Assembly (NCBI GenBank): GCA_977016875.1
Contig: CDRNST010000195.1
Coordinates: forward strand, 3,224,001-3,288,000
From: Pavona decussata
Lineage: Eukaryota
DNA: 64,000 bases
Direction of reading: 5' to 3'
The first letter of the stretch is position 1. Each line of letters starts with the position of its first letter. The translations under genes and the position numbers were made by a program. Of the stretch, positions 27,150 through 40,144 are shown piece after piece. The notes under the pieces were generated by a model. The model was not told where the DNA came from, ran no database searches, and saw only the letters and a list, made by a program, of their open reading frames with translations.

Positions 27150-27400
27150 ATTTTTGCCCCAACGAGCCTTTTTTTTAAGAGATTGTCCTTTCTTGTAGGA
27201 TATAATTGACGGATTTTTGAATATGTTTTTCAGCAAATGCTAATTTTGTATAAACTGCCAGTTTTGCATCAACATATTTTTAAGGTTCAGACCGATAGGT
27301 GGTACGTTGTAACAAGAGGCAAGATTTGTCTGCAATTTTTTTTCTTTTGCTGTAGAGCTGGCTGTCTTTCGGCGAAGTTGACTTCTGATAACGTCCGGAA
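27150..27400 (-). mobile_element. Penelope-like retroelement fragment
   Basis: Minus strand reads LSEVNFAERQ.AL...QILPLVTTYH...LKNMLMQNWQFIQN across frameshifts, the linker between RT and GIY-YIG. Confidence 0.65.
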
Positions 27401-27429
27401 ACGGCATACCTTTGTCAGCGCGCACATGT

Positions 27430-27981
27430 TCTGCGCAGCTAGCTGGAGATACTCAGACTCCTATAGTAATAAAGGTATGTTTAAACTATTGCGACGAGAG
27501 CAGAAGTTTTTGGATTCCAATAGCACTTGCTAACGACTGCATAGCACAAAAATACTAATGAAAAATAATGAAATAATAAATGAAAACAACTTACAAAGGA
27601 TCCGTTCTTGTACTCTTGTGAAAGTGCTGGCAGAAATTGCTGAAGATTGATGCTGAAGATGAACCTTGCCGATGAAGAATGATTTCACCTCGGCGACAAA
27701 CCTTTGGAAAGGCGTTGTTAGTTGGTTTAATCCCAGTGCATAAGGATTCTTTCGTTTCGAAGCAGATTTCACAACAGCTGTTGAGGCTGAAATATCGACG
27801 GCAAGCGCGCCTTGTTCCAGCTCCTTAGAATTAACACGATCACTGTGGTTCGTGCTCATACTCATGCGGCCTCATTAACGAGAAGGCGTGGCTCTTCCTC
27901 ATCAGAAATCTGGTCATTCGATTCTTCGTCTGAACTGTGGTAGGGAAGTAGAAGACACGAGGTAGGCGATTTGGTGGCCAT
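27430..27981 (-). pseudogene. Family-B spliced YR, exon 1 plus start of intron 1 (copy B3), truncated
   Basis: MATKSPT..LLPY.SSDEES...STAVVKSASKRKNPYALGLNQL..PFQRF.AEVKSFF.GKV.LQHQSSA closely matches 57372-57837 and has the same GTAAG donor (27589-27594). Intron similarity to 57100-57210 continues to ~27430. Confidence 0.9.
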
Positions 27982-30359
27982 AGCTGAGTCAAAGTTAATT
28001 ACTATTGAACTCGTAGAATCCTGGAAAAAGAGATTTTTTCCTCAGTTTTAACAAAGACTTCTCTTTACCAGTAGGTTGAAATCAGCTTTGAGAAACATTT
28101 TTATTGAGCAAGATAAAAACCTTGGCTAATAAGATGCATGAACTGCATGATAGACTGTTTTAACCAAAACAGAAACAATTCTCTCAACTGCGGAGGAAAC
28201 TTTTTATAACATTTTGGAACAGATCAGTGTAACAATTCCCGCCGTTTAATACAGATCTAGCCCCAGCAACCTTCTCTGTAAACTGTTATTAGGGAGTTTA
28301 AGAAGCTTCCAGGGCGACAGCAAAATTTAAAACGTGCGTTTTAAATTTTGGTACAACAAATGCACCTTCTCAACCAAACAAGAATGTGAAAAAACCAAAC
28401 TCAAAGTTTGGTAGGTAAACTCTGGGATGTAGCAAAATATGTCATGTTTAATCAGTTTGTCTTGACTCCGTTGTTGTGTTTTGAGAACATTATAATTATT
28501 TTAGGCCAAAACTATAATAAATGAGCCTAAGGTTACAGTTACTGTACAGTTAATGAATTAAATAACATATTTTTTAACGTAGAAATGTCTGCTTTAATTA
28601 GTCTTTGCATCAGTAAAACATGTATCCAACTGTCCGTAACATTTATCTTGAGAGCCCGCTTAATCTACGGACACCCAGATAATATGAGCACTTTGGTATG
28701 TCGCCTCAGTTTGCTCTGGGGAGAAACTGTATAGCAGTGGTACAAGTTTGAAATGATGTTGGTACCCAGATATGGATCTCTTGGCCCAAACCCTGACATT
28801 TCCAAATGCCATGCATATCCATACCTGAATGAAAATAAATATTTTTCTAGTCAGCTGAGGAACAATTCTCCACTAGTTTCTCCCCACTCATTAACTCTTT
28901 CTTTATGATGGCCATGGAATGGCCTCTTTCGTGAGACTTGATGAAAGTCAAGCTGTAAAAATAAAAGTAAACTGATTTATCAAACTGATTTACAAATAAC
29001 CGTCCACATTTTAAAGGTCAAATAAAGAAAGATCATCACGTCATAATCTAGGGATGCACTTGAGTAAAATAAGCTGATGTGTAATACACAAGCTATAAAC
29101 ATGTTGTTATTCATCCTGCAAACCACAACTGCATCCCATTTTCAGTTTCACTGCCAGCTTTTTCCAGTTATCAGCAGTAGCACTGATCGAATCCAACCAC
29201 AAGAATTTCCAACATTCGAACATGGTTGCGAGATTGTAGATATCGATGGAAGGATCAGTTCCTTGACTACATTATTACAAATTCGACTCTAGAATCAACT
29301 GTTGTTATAACTTTTCCCGCGCTTGTCACAGGTCACGCGCAAAATTTTCTGGCTTTTTTTTAATTACTTCACTTCCGTTGTTTAACAGGACAATTATTTA
29401 TGCTAATTTCAGCGAATAATTGTTACTTGTCCGACGTAATGAATTTGTAACCTTAGGTCTGCTTGTTACCAGATAGGAGTCTTTACCCCGTTGTGCCCCA
29501 GATGTAACAGCCCTCAGTTTATGCTATTGTATCATTTGTCTGAGCAAAAACATTTGCATTCCAGAAAATAAAAAATCGCTTAGTCTAACTGATTGGACAG
29601 TATCAAAGTTCAAAGTGATTGATATACGTGTTTCGTTCACATAGCATGTCTTTCCTATTATTTCACAAGCCAAACATACCAAACTGACATGTTCCAATAA
29701 ACCGGGATTTTTAAGTAAAAGCTATTTAAGGCTTACCTTTTAAGCGATATTCCAAGTAAAGTCGGAAAATTTGCGAGCAACAATCTCCCCATGTCAGCTG
29801 CAGAGTGGTTTTTGGTAAAACATATTTCGGCGATCTTTTCGTTCACCTTCAATGCTTCCATCTTTTTGTCAGATGTTGCTTTCGTAAGTTGCCAATCTAG
29901 ATAAACAAACATCCTCTTAAAGGCCCGCCTACTATGTTGCAAGGTTTGATTGTCCGCGTCCTCTTTCATTGCTATCATGGTTGTTCTTGTTCGACTTCTA
30001 CTAAACCTACCAACTATGGTTCGAAGCGTAACATGGTGTGGTGGATGCAAAGTGACGCGCATTAAATTGCGTTGTGTGTTTGTTTCTTTTGTGTGCTTTT
30101 TGTTTGTTAGATTTTGTTTGTTAGTGGCCCTTTGATTATCGTAAGACTAAGAGAAGAGACATTTGTACTTTTCAACTGGTTTATTTGTCATCCCTTGTAA
30201 TTTAACATCATGGTGTTAAATTGCGCCATCTTCTCTTGTATGTCTTCTTCTACCTTGGTGATATTCTTAGCATTCACATTTAAGAACTCTGGCGCCAAGG
30301 CGCTCCTTTCTTAGGATGTAATTTCGCTTTTCTTCCAGTGCTGGCTTTGTTTTGAAATC

Positions 30360-30800
30360 TCAGCCTTTTATTTCTGTGTAGCTCGTCTCTATGACGATCA
30401 TCTCCTGCAAGCATCACTTCCTTTCCTGTTAGTAGCCTCGCCAGCACTTTAAGACTGAAGGAAACAGCAGATATTGTTGATGGTACAAGTATGTCAGGTA
30501 GTGATAAACAAGGACTCGCATTTGCTGGAACACAAGTAGGATCCATGCCTCAGAACAGAGAATTCCAAAGCTTAGCAACAAATTTCCTACAAGGAACTTT
30601 TCAAGCATTTATGGCTTGCTGGTCCATGTGAACGCCTCATTCCAGCGGGGTGCAGGTTCATGTAATAGTTATCATTGATCCAGACTGCGATATGGAAAGA
30701 AGTAGATTGCTGGCAAAGCACTGACAACAGGTTTGGAATAGAATAAGTAGTTTAGACAGGAACACTATCCCCTTTGGCTCTTCCCAATAGTTTTTACCTC
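30360..30800 (-). pseudogene. Kolobok-like transposase remnant
   Basis: EEPKGIVFLSKLLILFQTCCQC...GSMITIT and VMLAGDDRH (GDGR-D-like first catalytic Asp). Confidence 0.55.
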
Positions 30801-30919
30801 CATATTCAAGGAGGAAAGGGTGTTCTCTGAAAGACACACCCGTGAGGGCAAAACTTTTATTTAGGCTAAACACGCACATGAGAGTCGTGCAGGCCTGTCA
30901 ACCGCATTATTGCAATGCT

Positions 30920-31990
30920 GACCTAGTGGCTTGAATGTCCCACAACACAGCCACTTGTTTCTGGTGGAATCTGCATAGTACACCGACTAAATTGTTTGTT
31001 AGATCGGGCCCTCAAAGGAGATGTTAATTCAGACATTCCCCAGCAAATTCCACGTTATAAACAAAGGCAAATATTATTTTCTCAGTTTTATTGGGATGGT
31101 ATACCCCATGGTGAGGGATATACCATACTTGGCCATTCTTAAGCGAGAATTCATCTAGGGGAACTTTCTCAGCATGACATTGACTAATGATGTCACCCAT
31201 AAATGCCAGGTAGTCCTGTCTGTACTTGCCTTCAGTCTTCAGACGTTTCAAAGCAACTACTTTGTTGTCAGGGTATGTGAGCAATCTTGCTTGAGAGGCA
31301 CAACTCTCATGATGTCAGCCCAACCCAAAGGAAGGAATCCATTAGTGACCCGACAATGGCACAGGCACAGTTGATGCCAACATTTAACTATCACTGTAAG
31401 GCATCAGAAGATCTGGCACTTTATTTAAGTGTAGCCACTTTCTGACTACGTATTTCTCGGATGATATCTCCTGTGTTTTTCCAAGGGAGGGAGATTTCTG
31501 CACTTTCGAACACACCACAAACCATTGGACCAGTAATCATCCTGTTTGATATCTTTTCTTGGGGAAGGAGCGTAGAAAGTTTTAGTTGGACTTAATGGCC
31601 ACTTAAACCAATTTCCTCCACAGCAGTTTGCTTAATAAAGCAAGTGTCAGACTGATCACCAAGCAAGGGGTTTCACAATTATCTCAGTCCAGGACCAGCA
31701 TTTTGCTGAATCTTAGGCCAATTGTTTATTTTCTGGAAGGCATATGCTAGATGAGGTGGTTTGCAAAACTTGCCAAAGTCCTTTTGGCCTTGTTGTAAAC
31801 ATTCACGCTGTTTAGAGACAGCAAACCACTGAAAACTTCCTTGGCTTCAACCTTTGTAATTTGCGTAAATTGTAGAGGCGCTCTTAAGGATCCTTTGTTT
31901 TCTTTTCAATCAAAGCTTCGAAGGACTTGATCCAGTGTGGGTAGCACAGGGGGTTTCCATTGAACACTTCAGGTTCTGGATATCTTTGGT
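30920..31990 (-). mobile_element. BEL/Pao LTR retrotransposon remnant (gag DUF1759-like plus RT start)
   Basis: PEVFNGNPLCYPHWIKSFEALIE (~31900-31980); WYIPHHGVYHPNK; GPDLTNNLVGVLCRF...VAVLWDIQA. Confidence 0.85.
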
Positions 31991-32799
31991 GTGCCATTTC
32001 AGAGCAAAGTGACATACTTTTTGGGGCTAAACTGGACTTTACATGTAATGATACGGTTAACTTCTAATACCAGGTGTAACTGTACCAATTACTCCCCACC
32101 CAAGGGTGGTCTTCTTGGCGTATGGGTCATCATCTCCATGAATGATTTCTCTAGGCTCAGCCAGAGCAAACATTACAGCCCACAAGGACTTTAGGGAGGA
32201 CGTTAAACGAATCAGACAGTACTTTGAGAGCAAGTATGCTAAAGCCCTGATGATATTCCATTACAGGGAGATTGTATTCAACCTGAACACTGAAAACGTG
32301 TTGCATTTCTCACTGTTGTTGATTCGAGCTTCTGGGACTCCCTCTGCTATTGATATTAAATCAATAAAAAGTCATCATTGTCATCATGTATTTGCGTTGA
32401 TCTGGACGCAACTTCTGCTTTTGTTGATCTCTTTCCTGGTCTTTTATTTTAATCTCTAATTTTTGCTCTCTCAAATGTTTCTCTTCTCCCATATTTTCTC
32501 CTACATGCTCAAGAACTAAATAGTCTCTATTCTTTTCACCAAATTGGTTGTCGTCTTGTTCTTCAGACCTCCTTTTCATGTTTTCATTAGAACTTTCCAT
32601 CGCCTTTAGCCTCATATTGTTGGCTTCAGTTTTACTTTGCCTTTCGTTTACCTTGTTTTTTAACAGATCTCTGTCAAACTTCTTTTTCCACAATATCTTC
32701 AATTAAGACATCTAATTCAGTCATGTTAACATCTATTCCTAAAGCATTTTCTTTGCCTTTTATCATCTCTTTGAATTTTTACTCAAGTAATGAGTAGTG

Positions 32800-33320
32800 C
32801 TCATTGACACCTTTTTTGAGACTTAAACTTCAGGCCAGAGGTGATCTGCAACTCCCTGCCACAACTGCCATCGTTGAGTGCTTCGACATTTTTCTTTAAA
32901 AGGCTCTTTGATGATTGACTGATTGCATCCTTAGATGACTTTCCTGACCAGTTCCTCACTGAGGCCCTGTTTGAATCCTTTGTATTGTGCATTGTCGATA
33001 TCCACGAGTATAGACTTCAAGTTAAAACCATTTGCAAAATGGGCATAATGACTTGAAACCTTGTCATTATCTTGTTTACTGCATAGTACCCTAGTGAAAG
33101 CGTTGTACACAAGTGTTTGTGCGTTCAAAGTTACGATGTTGAGAAGGTATGGAAAAAAGTCATTGCCGGCGCAGGTCACATCCATAAATAGGTCTTCTGC
33201 TCTGTTCAAAAGAGATGATTGAAATAGCGACATAGAGAATGCATACTTCCTGGAAGGCATGAAATGAATTACTGTCGTTTCGCCTACAAGTTGTTTCGCT
33301 AACAACCAGTTGGATAACAT
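32800..33320 (-). pseudogene. MULE-like transposase remnant
   Basis: DLFMDVT...FPYLLNIVT...TRVL...SILVDIDNAQYKGF...: DxT and D motifs in a MULE-like context. Confidence 0.45.
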
Positions 33321-33932
33321 CTTAAGCAGTTTGCTAATGTATTAGGTTAGTGTTATGGTTAGGGTTAGGGCCTCAGCATCATTCATTTCCTCTTGCGTTT
33401 GTGAGGTGCTAACAGGTAATGAGTGAACTTGAGCTGATGAAACAGGTTGTACAGCTTCACCTCTGTCACCAAAGTCACTATTAGATGGAGATTCTGTAAG
33501 CTCACAAGGATCGCTAGTCAATGTAGCCATCTCTGCTTCCACAGGCTCCAAGCCCTCAATTGGTGATATACACGAAGCTGGTTAAAGAGGCTCTGATGAG
33601 TCACCAGGTGGTATTGACGTAACAGTTTCAACAGGCTGCCATCAATCAATGGGTGATGCAGGTGTAGGAGATGCTAAAGGATCCCAAGAAGCAAGGGATG
33701 ATGCAAGTGCAGCAGGTTCTACAAGCTCAGCGAGGATGAAGGGCTGGAGATCTCACTTCTGCACCATTCCATGGTGTCAATTGACTTTGTAGTGGGTTTG
33801 ATGAACACAATCTTTATTGATGCAAAATCGGAAATTTCTGTTAATTGGTTGGTCTCTATCTCTCGGTTTTCAAAGAGCTGTTGCCCCAATATGAAGCTCA
33901 CCTTCGGAAATTGCTTTAAAGTCTGATGGTTT

Positions 33933-34250
33933 TCACTTTAAATGCCACATAGGCCATGGTTTGCTTCCAATCAGTTTTCTGCGATAATTTTCTGGGAGAC
34001 CGTCTGGTGCTTTTAACAAAATAGGCAACACTTCAGCCTCAGTAAGAGCTATTTGTTGTAGTACTGTGTCATCCTGATGCAAACTCAGTACATTTGTTAA
34101 TACCCATATGATGTGCTTATAAACTTGTCTGGGCTTGTTTATCTTATATGTACAGGTGCAAGATGGGGACTTACAAATTTTAAGGCAATACTTGCTACCC
34201 AAACTGCTTTCAACTTCCACACTGATATTAAACCGGCCCTTATTATACTT
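33933..34250 (-). pseudogene. SWIM zinc-finger-containing TE protein remnant
   Basis: Y.LKI...PSCTCTY...QVYKHIIWVL matches SWIM CxC...CKH, with one Cys lost. Confidence 0.6.
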
Positions 34251-35949
34251 CATGATTTCCATGCTGTCTGAAGGAAGCATGGAAACAATTTGCCAAGATT
34301 GTTGTAGTCCACAATCAAGCCATTGTGATCAGTGTGGAAGTGCCTTGACAACTGCACAAAGACATCCAGGTCAGGGGAACAATGATCCATCCTACATTGT
34401 AACGCTATGCAATTTTCAACCTGTTGAAGTCAATGTCAAGACCTGCACCAACAAGAAATGCAAGGATATGCATCAAGTATGGGCTGTGGAGCAAGGCACA
34501 TTAACATCATATTGGTTTAACAATAACAAAAAAAAAAAAAGGCGAAAAGAGCAATGAAATAAGTGTGCCATAAAAAACAGGAATCATACTGGATTATTAA
34601 AAAAAATTGATAGTATTTCTAATATTTAGTACATGGTGGCTCAATTTTGTGTAGCATTGGGGCCGAACCATTTGGATATTTTTTTGCATAGTTCATAAAT
34701 ATGTAAGGTTATTATTATACCATATTCCTGTCAAGAGTTAAACCTGGCTTAAAGTTTCTGTGAAGGGAGATTTTAGTCTTATCAAGTATTGTCTACAAGC
34801 ATGGGGCTGTGTCTTGACCTGGGTTTCTATCGATACGCTTACCTGTAATCGGCAGCAAATTCATCTAACATGAACACAAAATAAAAATATGCAAAAAGAG
34901 TTGCTACATTTAGCAAAATTCGGAACCTCACCATATAATTAATATTTTATGAACTTTAGTTAAATTTAGAGTAATCATGCAGTGAAGCAAGGGAGTTTAT
35001 AACTGCCTTAATTCTACAAAAAGTTGTGCATAACTTGCATTCAGGAGTTGAATAAGATTCAAAGTAAGCTGTTGATTAACAGAACTTCACAGTGCACAAA
35101 TGCTTCTCAATTATCTGCACTTCTATTTCTTACTGGGTAAAATGGTTACCTTGACAGCCTCAGAGTGATGGCTTCCATCCAATGTTGATTCCTCTTGGCT
35201 TTAATTGAACTCTGTGTGAACAAGATTAATAAAAAAATTACCTGAACAGGTTTTAGCTAACCGCTTATCTTGGAATCTATCCTATTTAATTTACAGAGAC
35301 AAAATGCTAAGTTACTTAATTTTGCAAACAGCAACATACTCCTTGAAACAACTTAAAACAATACTGCTGAGTTGACCTAAGTGATTAATTTGTTTTGGGG
35401 GTTTGTTGCATACATTAGCATTCATCGGATTTTTCACTTACTTTTTGGTGCAAAAGTAAGCCAATAACTTGTTTGGATACAAAAAAGGAAATAATTCGAT
35501 TTTCATATCAATCAGAAGTAATATATTAAATAGTATTGTAGTGTCGGAAAACAAACAGTACCTTGAACCCTTGTAAACCATGCGTCCTCGAACAAGGCAA
35601 CCTCAGCTTCCATTTCTGCTAAAGCCATTGGTTGTTGGCTCTCCTCTTCAGGCCCCGGGCTGTAGTCTGCTTCTGGTCTATTGGACAGACCAAGGGCTAA
35701 AATCACCAAAAGAGACCAAAACCTGATTGGAAGAAAGGAAAAAAAAAGAAGAAAACATAGTGATTACGTAGATACTGGCAAAGTATTATTGTGAGATCAC
35801 TTTGAACTCAACTTTAATTTATATTTAACTTAATGCTTGAAGGGATGTCAAGGACCTCCAAGAGCTTTAATTTATGTTTTCTTTTCTATCTGTTTTTTTA
35901 TTTCACTGACATTCCACAAATCACTCGACTCTAAAGATGACAGGTTGCC

Positions 35950-38900
35950 TCATCGCCGCTTTCCCTTGAAGATGTTTTTCACTTTTTCGTAGCAGTGATT
36001 GAAAGTTTCGCGATGCATTATCTCGTAGAGGGCATCGCTTCCCATGAAGGTGTGTGTCCTGGGATGGGCATGTTACATATTCTTCGAAACTTTCGCTGAT
36101 GAGGGCAGTGTCCTCCTCAGTCCAGTGCAAGTGTCTGCCGGAATAAATCGTGGACGAATCATCGTCTTGGAAGTTTGTGTACTCCATTACCCTTGCCTGT
36201 TTGCTCACCACAGGAAGAGACTCTGGTGACACAACCGGTTGTTTGTCGATGATGTAATTTATAAAATTTACGACCTGCTTGGCTTCTGAAATTTTGAGTG
36301 CCTTCATGCGTAGGGAAGAAACAGTGCACATCTTGTTGCGTGCTTCCGCCACGCGAAGTTTCACTCCGTTTCGGATGTTTTCGGCGAATAGAGTTTTGGC
36401 AGCGTCTTTCTCTCTGTCTGTGAACTTTTTTTGGTTTGGGTCTTCGGTTATTTGGTCTGATTGTGGGATGACATCAGAGCTTGCGCATTCTGAGCTCGCC
36501 TTTTGCAGGCTTGATGGCTTCGAAGATTGCTCTTCAGAAGATTGTTCCTTGTTCGTTTTTGGGATGTCACTTGCAGAGGTGACTCTTGCAATGACGGCCA
36601 TGCCCTCTGCCCCTGTTCTTGTACACTCTTGGCGCACGTAAGCTCTTTTAAATGTCTTGTCGGAGTGGTCTAGCACCCTTTGGACCGTTGGGGCTTCCTC
36701 CAGTCCTTATTCGTAGGTTTGTGTGGCGATTAGTTTTCTTGCGCTTGTGTGGAACATTCTTTCATCCTGTTGAACGCCACTCTTGGCCCAAAATTCGGTT
36801 CACCATCGGCCAATGGTGCCCTCCTTAAAACCGTGGCCGTCGTCCTCGACGAACAACTTGGTTTCTCCCTCCACTGCAATGAATGGTCTGATCTTATTGA
36901 CGTAGGTGTACATAAGGGACTGCATCTCTGCATCCATGCCTAATATGGCAGGGCCATCCTTCGATCTTTTGTGTTTGGCCACAAGCATTACCTTAGTTCC
37001 CCCCCTCTTCTCTGGCGGTGTCGTAGTCGTCCAGGGTGGCGTTCTTGAGAAGTCCTGGTCTCGTGCCGGTCGCAAGGCTGAATTTGCCCAACAACAGGTC
37101 ACGGGCTAATCCAAATTCTGATTTACTCAGTCGTTTCCCAGCCTCCGCCTCTTTTATTGCTTTCAGTCCATTCATGTACGGTTTTGAAGACTTGAGCTTG
37201 TTAACGTCTTCCACAGTGAGAAGTTTGTCACTTTCGTCGATGTGACATCACACCTGCTGCTCCTGCGTGGAGTTGTCATCATCATCATCATCATCATCAT
37301 ATCTTTATTTACCCTCGGATTTACAGAGTAGCTTAATGCAGCTAATATCTCCGAGCATTTACCCACCCAACCATGAGAGTATACACATAAAGACCAGACC
37401 ACATCACCGGGAACTACGTCCCCTACTCTTTGCGAACAGTGAGTGGGTTCTTTAACGTCCCACAGAGTTATTTACAAACAAGGGTTGTGAGACGGGGCCT
37501 ACGGTTTATCGTCCTTATCCGAGAAGACTAGAAAGTCTAACCATTTGCAGATGTCAGAGCAAAGGCAGCACTTTCTCCTCAGTTATTTAAAGACCCTGAG
37601 TGTTGGTCCGGCCGGGGTTTGAACCCACGACCTCCCGCACGGTAGTCCGGTACTCTACCAACTGAGCCAACCGGTCGGCGGTTAAACACTGAGCCAACCA
37701 GTCGGCAGTCAACACACGCTCTCCACCCCTTCAGACAAGGATTCAGATCTACAAAGGCCTCTCTGTAGCTCTGACTGAGGGGTGGCATGTCCTTAACACG
37801 GTACTTGTTGGAGGTGACCAAGGTGAGAAACTTCTCAAAGCTCGTTAGGTACGAGAAAATGGTTCCTGGGACCTTGAGATGGCCTTGGGTCCATTGCTGG
37901 CTTCACCCAGTTAAGCCAGACAATGTCGCGCCTTGGCCAGCAAGGGGGGTGATGTCATCTCCATTTTTGTCAATGGCCTCCAACACGATCTCGACCTGCC
38001 TGGCGTGCTGGAGCCGGTTCACCTTCTTCTTGTTACCGGCGTCTGGTAAGGATAGGTACTTAAAGAACCCGCAGAGCCAGTGATGGCGATAATTCTTGTA
38101 CGAGGTTGCATTGAAGTAGTCCTCCTGGTTCTCTGCGAATTCTTCAGATTCCTCGGACCCTGACTCTGAGGAAGTGTCATCTGATGGTTCATTGTTTGGA
38201 TCATCGTCACCGTTGTTGTCGTCAGATTGATCTTTTGGCACTTCTTCAGGGTCAGAGATGCCATGATGGTTCGGCTCCCCTTCTTCTTCTTCTTCCTCCT
38301 CTTCTGGCCTCGGGTTAGGGTTGTTAGTTGCTGTTAGGGTTAGGGTTTGTTTGCTTTGTGCTGTTGGTTTCTTCAGGGTTAAAGTTAGGGTAAGGGTTTT
38401 TGGAACATCTTCCATGACTGGAGCTTCTTTATCGGAAGATGAATCCACAAGTTGTAGCTCCGAGGAATCCCTTGTATGGTTTGGCCTCCTTGACCATGTT
38501 GGCCAGCTCAGCACTATCCTTCTGCAGGTTGTGGGCCCGTCTCAGGTGCTTGGTCAGGTAGGATATGAGGCTTGCGCATCCTTCGACGGGACACCACTTC
38601 TTTAATCGGCCTTGGGAGCGCGGGCGGCATGCCTTGTTGCCCTGATTCATGATTTTGGTCATCTCGGCAAGGTCTTCTTGATTGATGTCCCCGTTCTTGA
38701 GGTGAACGCGTCTGAGATGCCTTATGAGGTCCTGGCCCTTGAAAGAGCACCCAGGAACACGGCAGTGGGATGTCTTATGGTGTATCCTCTTACTCTTTGC
38801 CACTTTTGCTCCTCTTCCTGCTGTTCCGCCTGCTTCTGCTGCTGTTGGTGGCTCTCTCTCTTCTGGAACGTCTGCTGCTGCTGCTGCTGGTTCTTCCTCT

Positions 38901-39280
38901 TCTGGCACTTCTCTTCTAGCCTCTTGCTTTTGCTCGCTGTCACTGCTGCTAGTGATCACCCGGCAAGGTCTCTTCTTAGGAGACCTGCTCTCTTTCTCTT
39001 TCTCATCCTCAGAGTTGCTGCTCAGCTGGTGGAACAGCTTTCGCATCTTTGTCAGAGGCACATCTTGGGACATCACCAGCATGGCCTCCATAATCTCATG
39101 CTTCTTAGCTCTAAGGGCCCGCGATCAAAATTGCAATGGAAGTGGTGCCAACCCAACCACACGAGGTACCCCATCGTCAATTCCGTTTGGATCTTGAGTG
39201 ACTCTATGTTCAGCTGCTTAGCCGCAATCAGGGTCACACAACACAAATGAAAATTGTTACACAGGTGGGCCCATGTCATC
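35950..39280 (-). pseudogene. Family-A tyrosine recombinase (copy A2), frameshifted and SINE-interrupted
   Basis: Collinear with 46619-49686: CRVPGC...HLRRVH and CPVEGC...HLRRAH fingers, WLCGFFKYL, ATGTRPG, VAKHKRSKDGPAILG, LDHSDKTFKRAY. Confidence 0.92.
37277..37682 (-). mobile_element. tRNA-derived SINE (Nin-domain-like) inserted in YR copy A2
   Basis: Minus strand has A box TGGCTCAGTTGG, B box GGTTCAAACC, central GGATAAGGACGATAAACCG...GTTAAAGAACCC and an (ATG)n tail. The flanks rejoin to the uninterrupted paralogue at ~47960-47995. Confidence 0.85.
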
Positions 39281-39539
39281 GTTGTGACTTCTTTTTCTTT
39301 TATTAAGACATAGTTTGCCTTGTTCCTATAATATGATATACAACAATAGAACTATTGAATAAAAAAAAATAAAAAAATATTGAAGTCTTGCTGAAGTATT
39401 AAAAGATAAAATTTGCACCATTTTTGGGCATTTTTTACATTTTTCCTGCAAACTTCTTTTTAACGTAATAACAATGACATAGCATCATCGTATAGCCCTT
39501 GATGAGTACTATTAGTCCGGAAGATAAGGGGTAGAATGA

Positions 39540-39720
39540 TGATTATTCAAGAAAGTGACGCAGGCATACTCGGAAAAAAGAAATCCGAGTGCTCTTATCA
39601 GGAGTCGAACCTAAGACCTTCCGATTACTAGTTCGGATGCTCTACCACTGAGCTACAGGAGACTCGTGGGAGCTAAGGCCATTAAACTAGGTTCATGGGA
39701 CAAACATCCTGCATACTGCT
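39540..39720 (-). repeat. tRNA-derived SINE-like repeat / tRNA pseudogene
   Basis: Minus strand ...TAGCTCAGTGGTAGAGCATCCGAACTAGTAATCGGAAGGTCTTAGGTTCGACTCCT... has A and B boxes, but an 8-nt anticodon loop and no good acceptor stem. Confidence 0.7.
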
Positions 39721-40144
39721 AGGATTTGAATGTCAAACGTGTGGTATATGAAAGAAATGTGATGGTATATTTCCAGCCTGGTGAATGAATGAGAATGATA
39801 ATTGTTTTACAGTTAAAGATGTTTTGTAATTATGTCTTCCTGTTAGCAGAATCAGCTAGCTAAATAAATACCTTATTTCCAATCTGGGAGCCTCAACAGA
39901 CACTCAGAGACTGGAATACTTCCTTCAGCTCAGTTTGAAATCAGTTTATTTAAAAAATGACACTGGCCTTAAGTACACACTTGCTTGCTCGCGTCGAAAA
40001 AAAAAAACAACAAACAAAAAAACAAAAACAAATCAGAGAGACAGAGAGAGCATCCTAAATACTGAATCACCAGTTCAAACATTTATAGCATTTTGCTCTG
40101 GATTGTCAATTACTTTTTCTTTTTCTTTCTTTCTTTCTTTTTTT

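Noticed and set aside
29733-30062. 109-aa ORF
   Set aside because: Probably an exon of a repeat-borne gene, but I cannot assign a family from the sequence.
35100-35725. Exon-like segments (35558-35723, ~35150-35220)
   Set aside because: Plausible splice signals, but no recognisable product, and they cannot be joined confidently to family B or any other gene.
38321-39250. Long plus-strand ORFs overlapping YR genes (also 43314-44827 and 48381-49635)
   Set aside because: Antisense shadows of GC-richer, low-complexity minus-strand coding sequence.
39595-39672. Apparent tRNA gene on the minus strand
   Set aside because: It has an 8-nt anticodon loop, a poor acceptor stem and repeat-like flanks, so it is better explained as a tRNA-derived SINE-like repeat.
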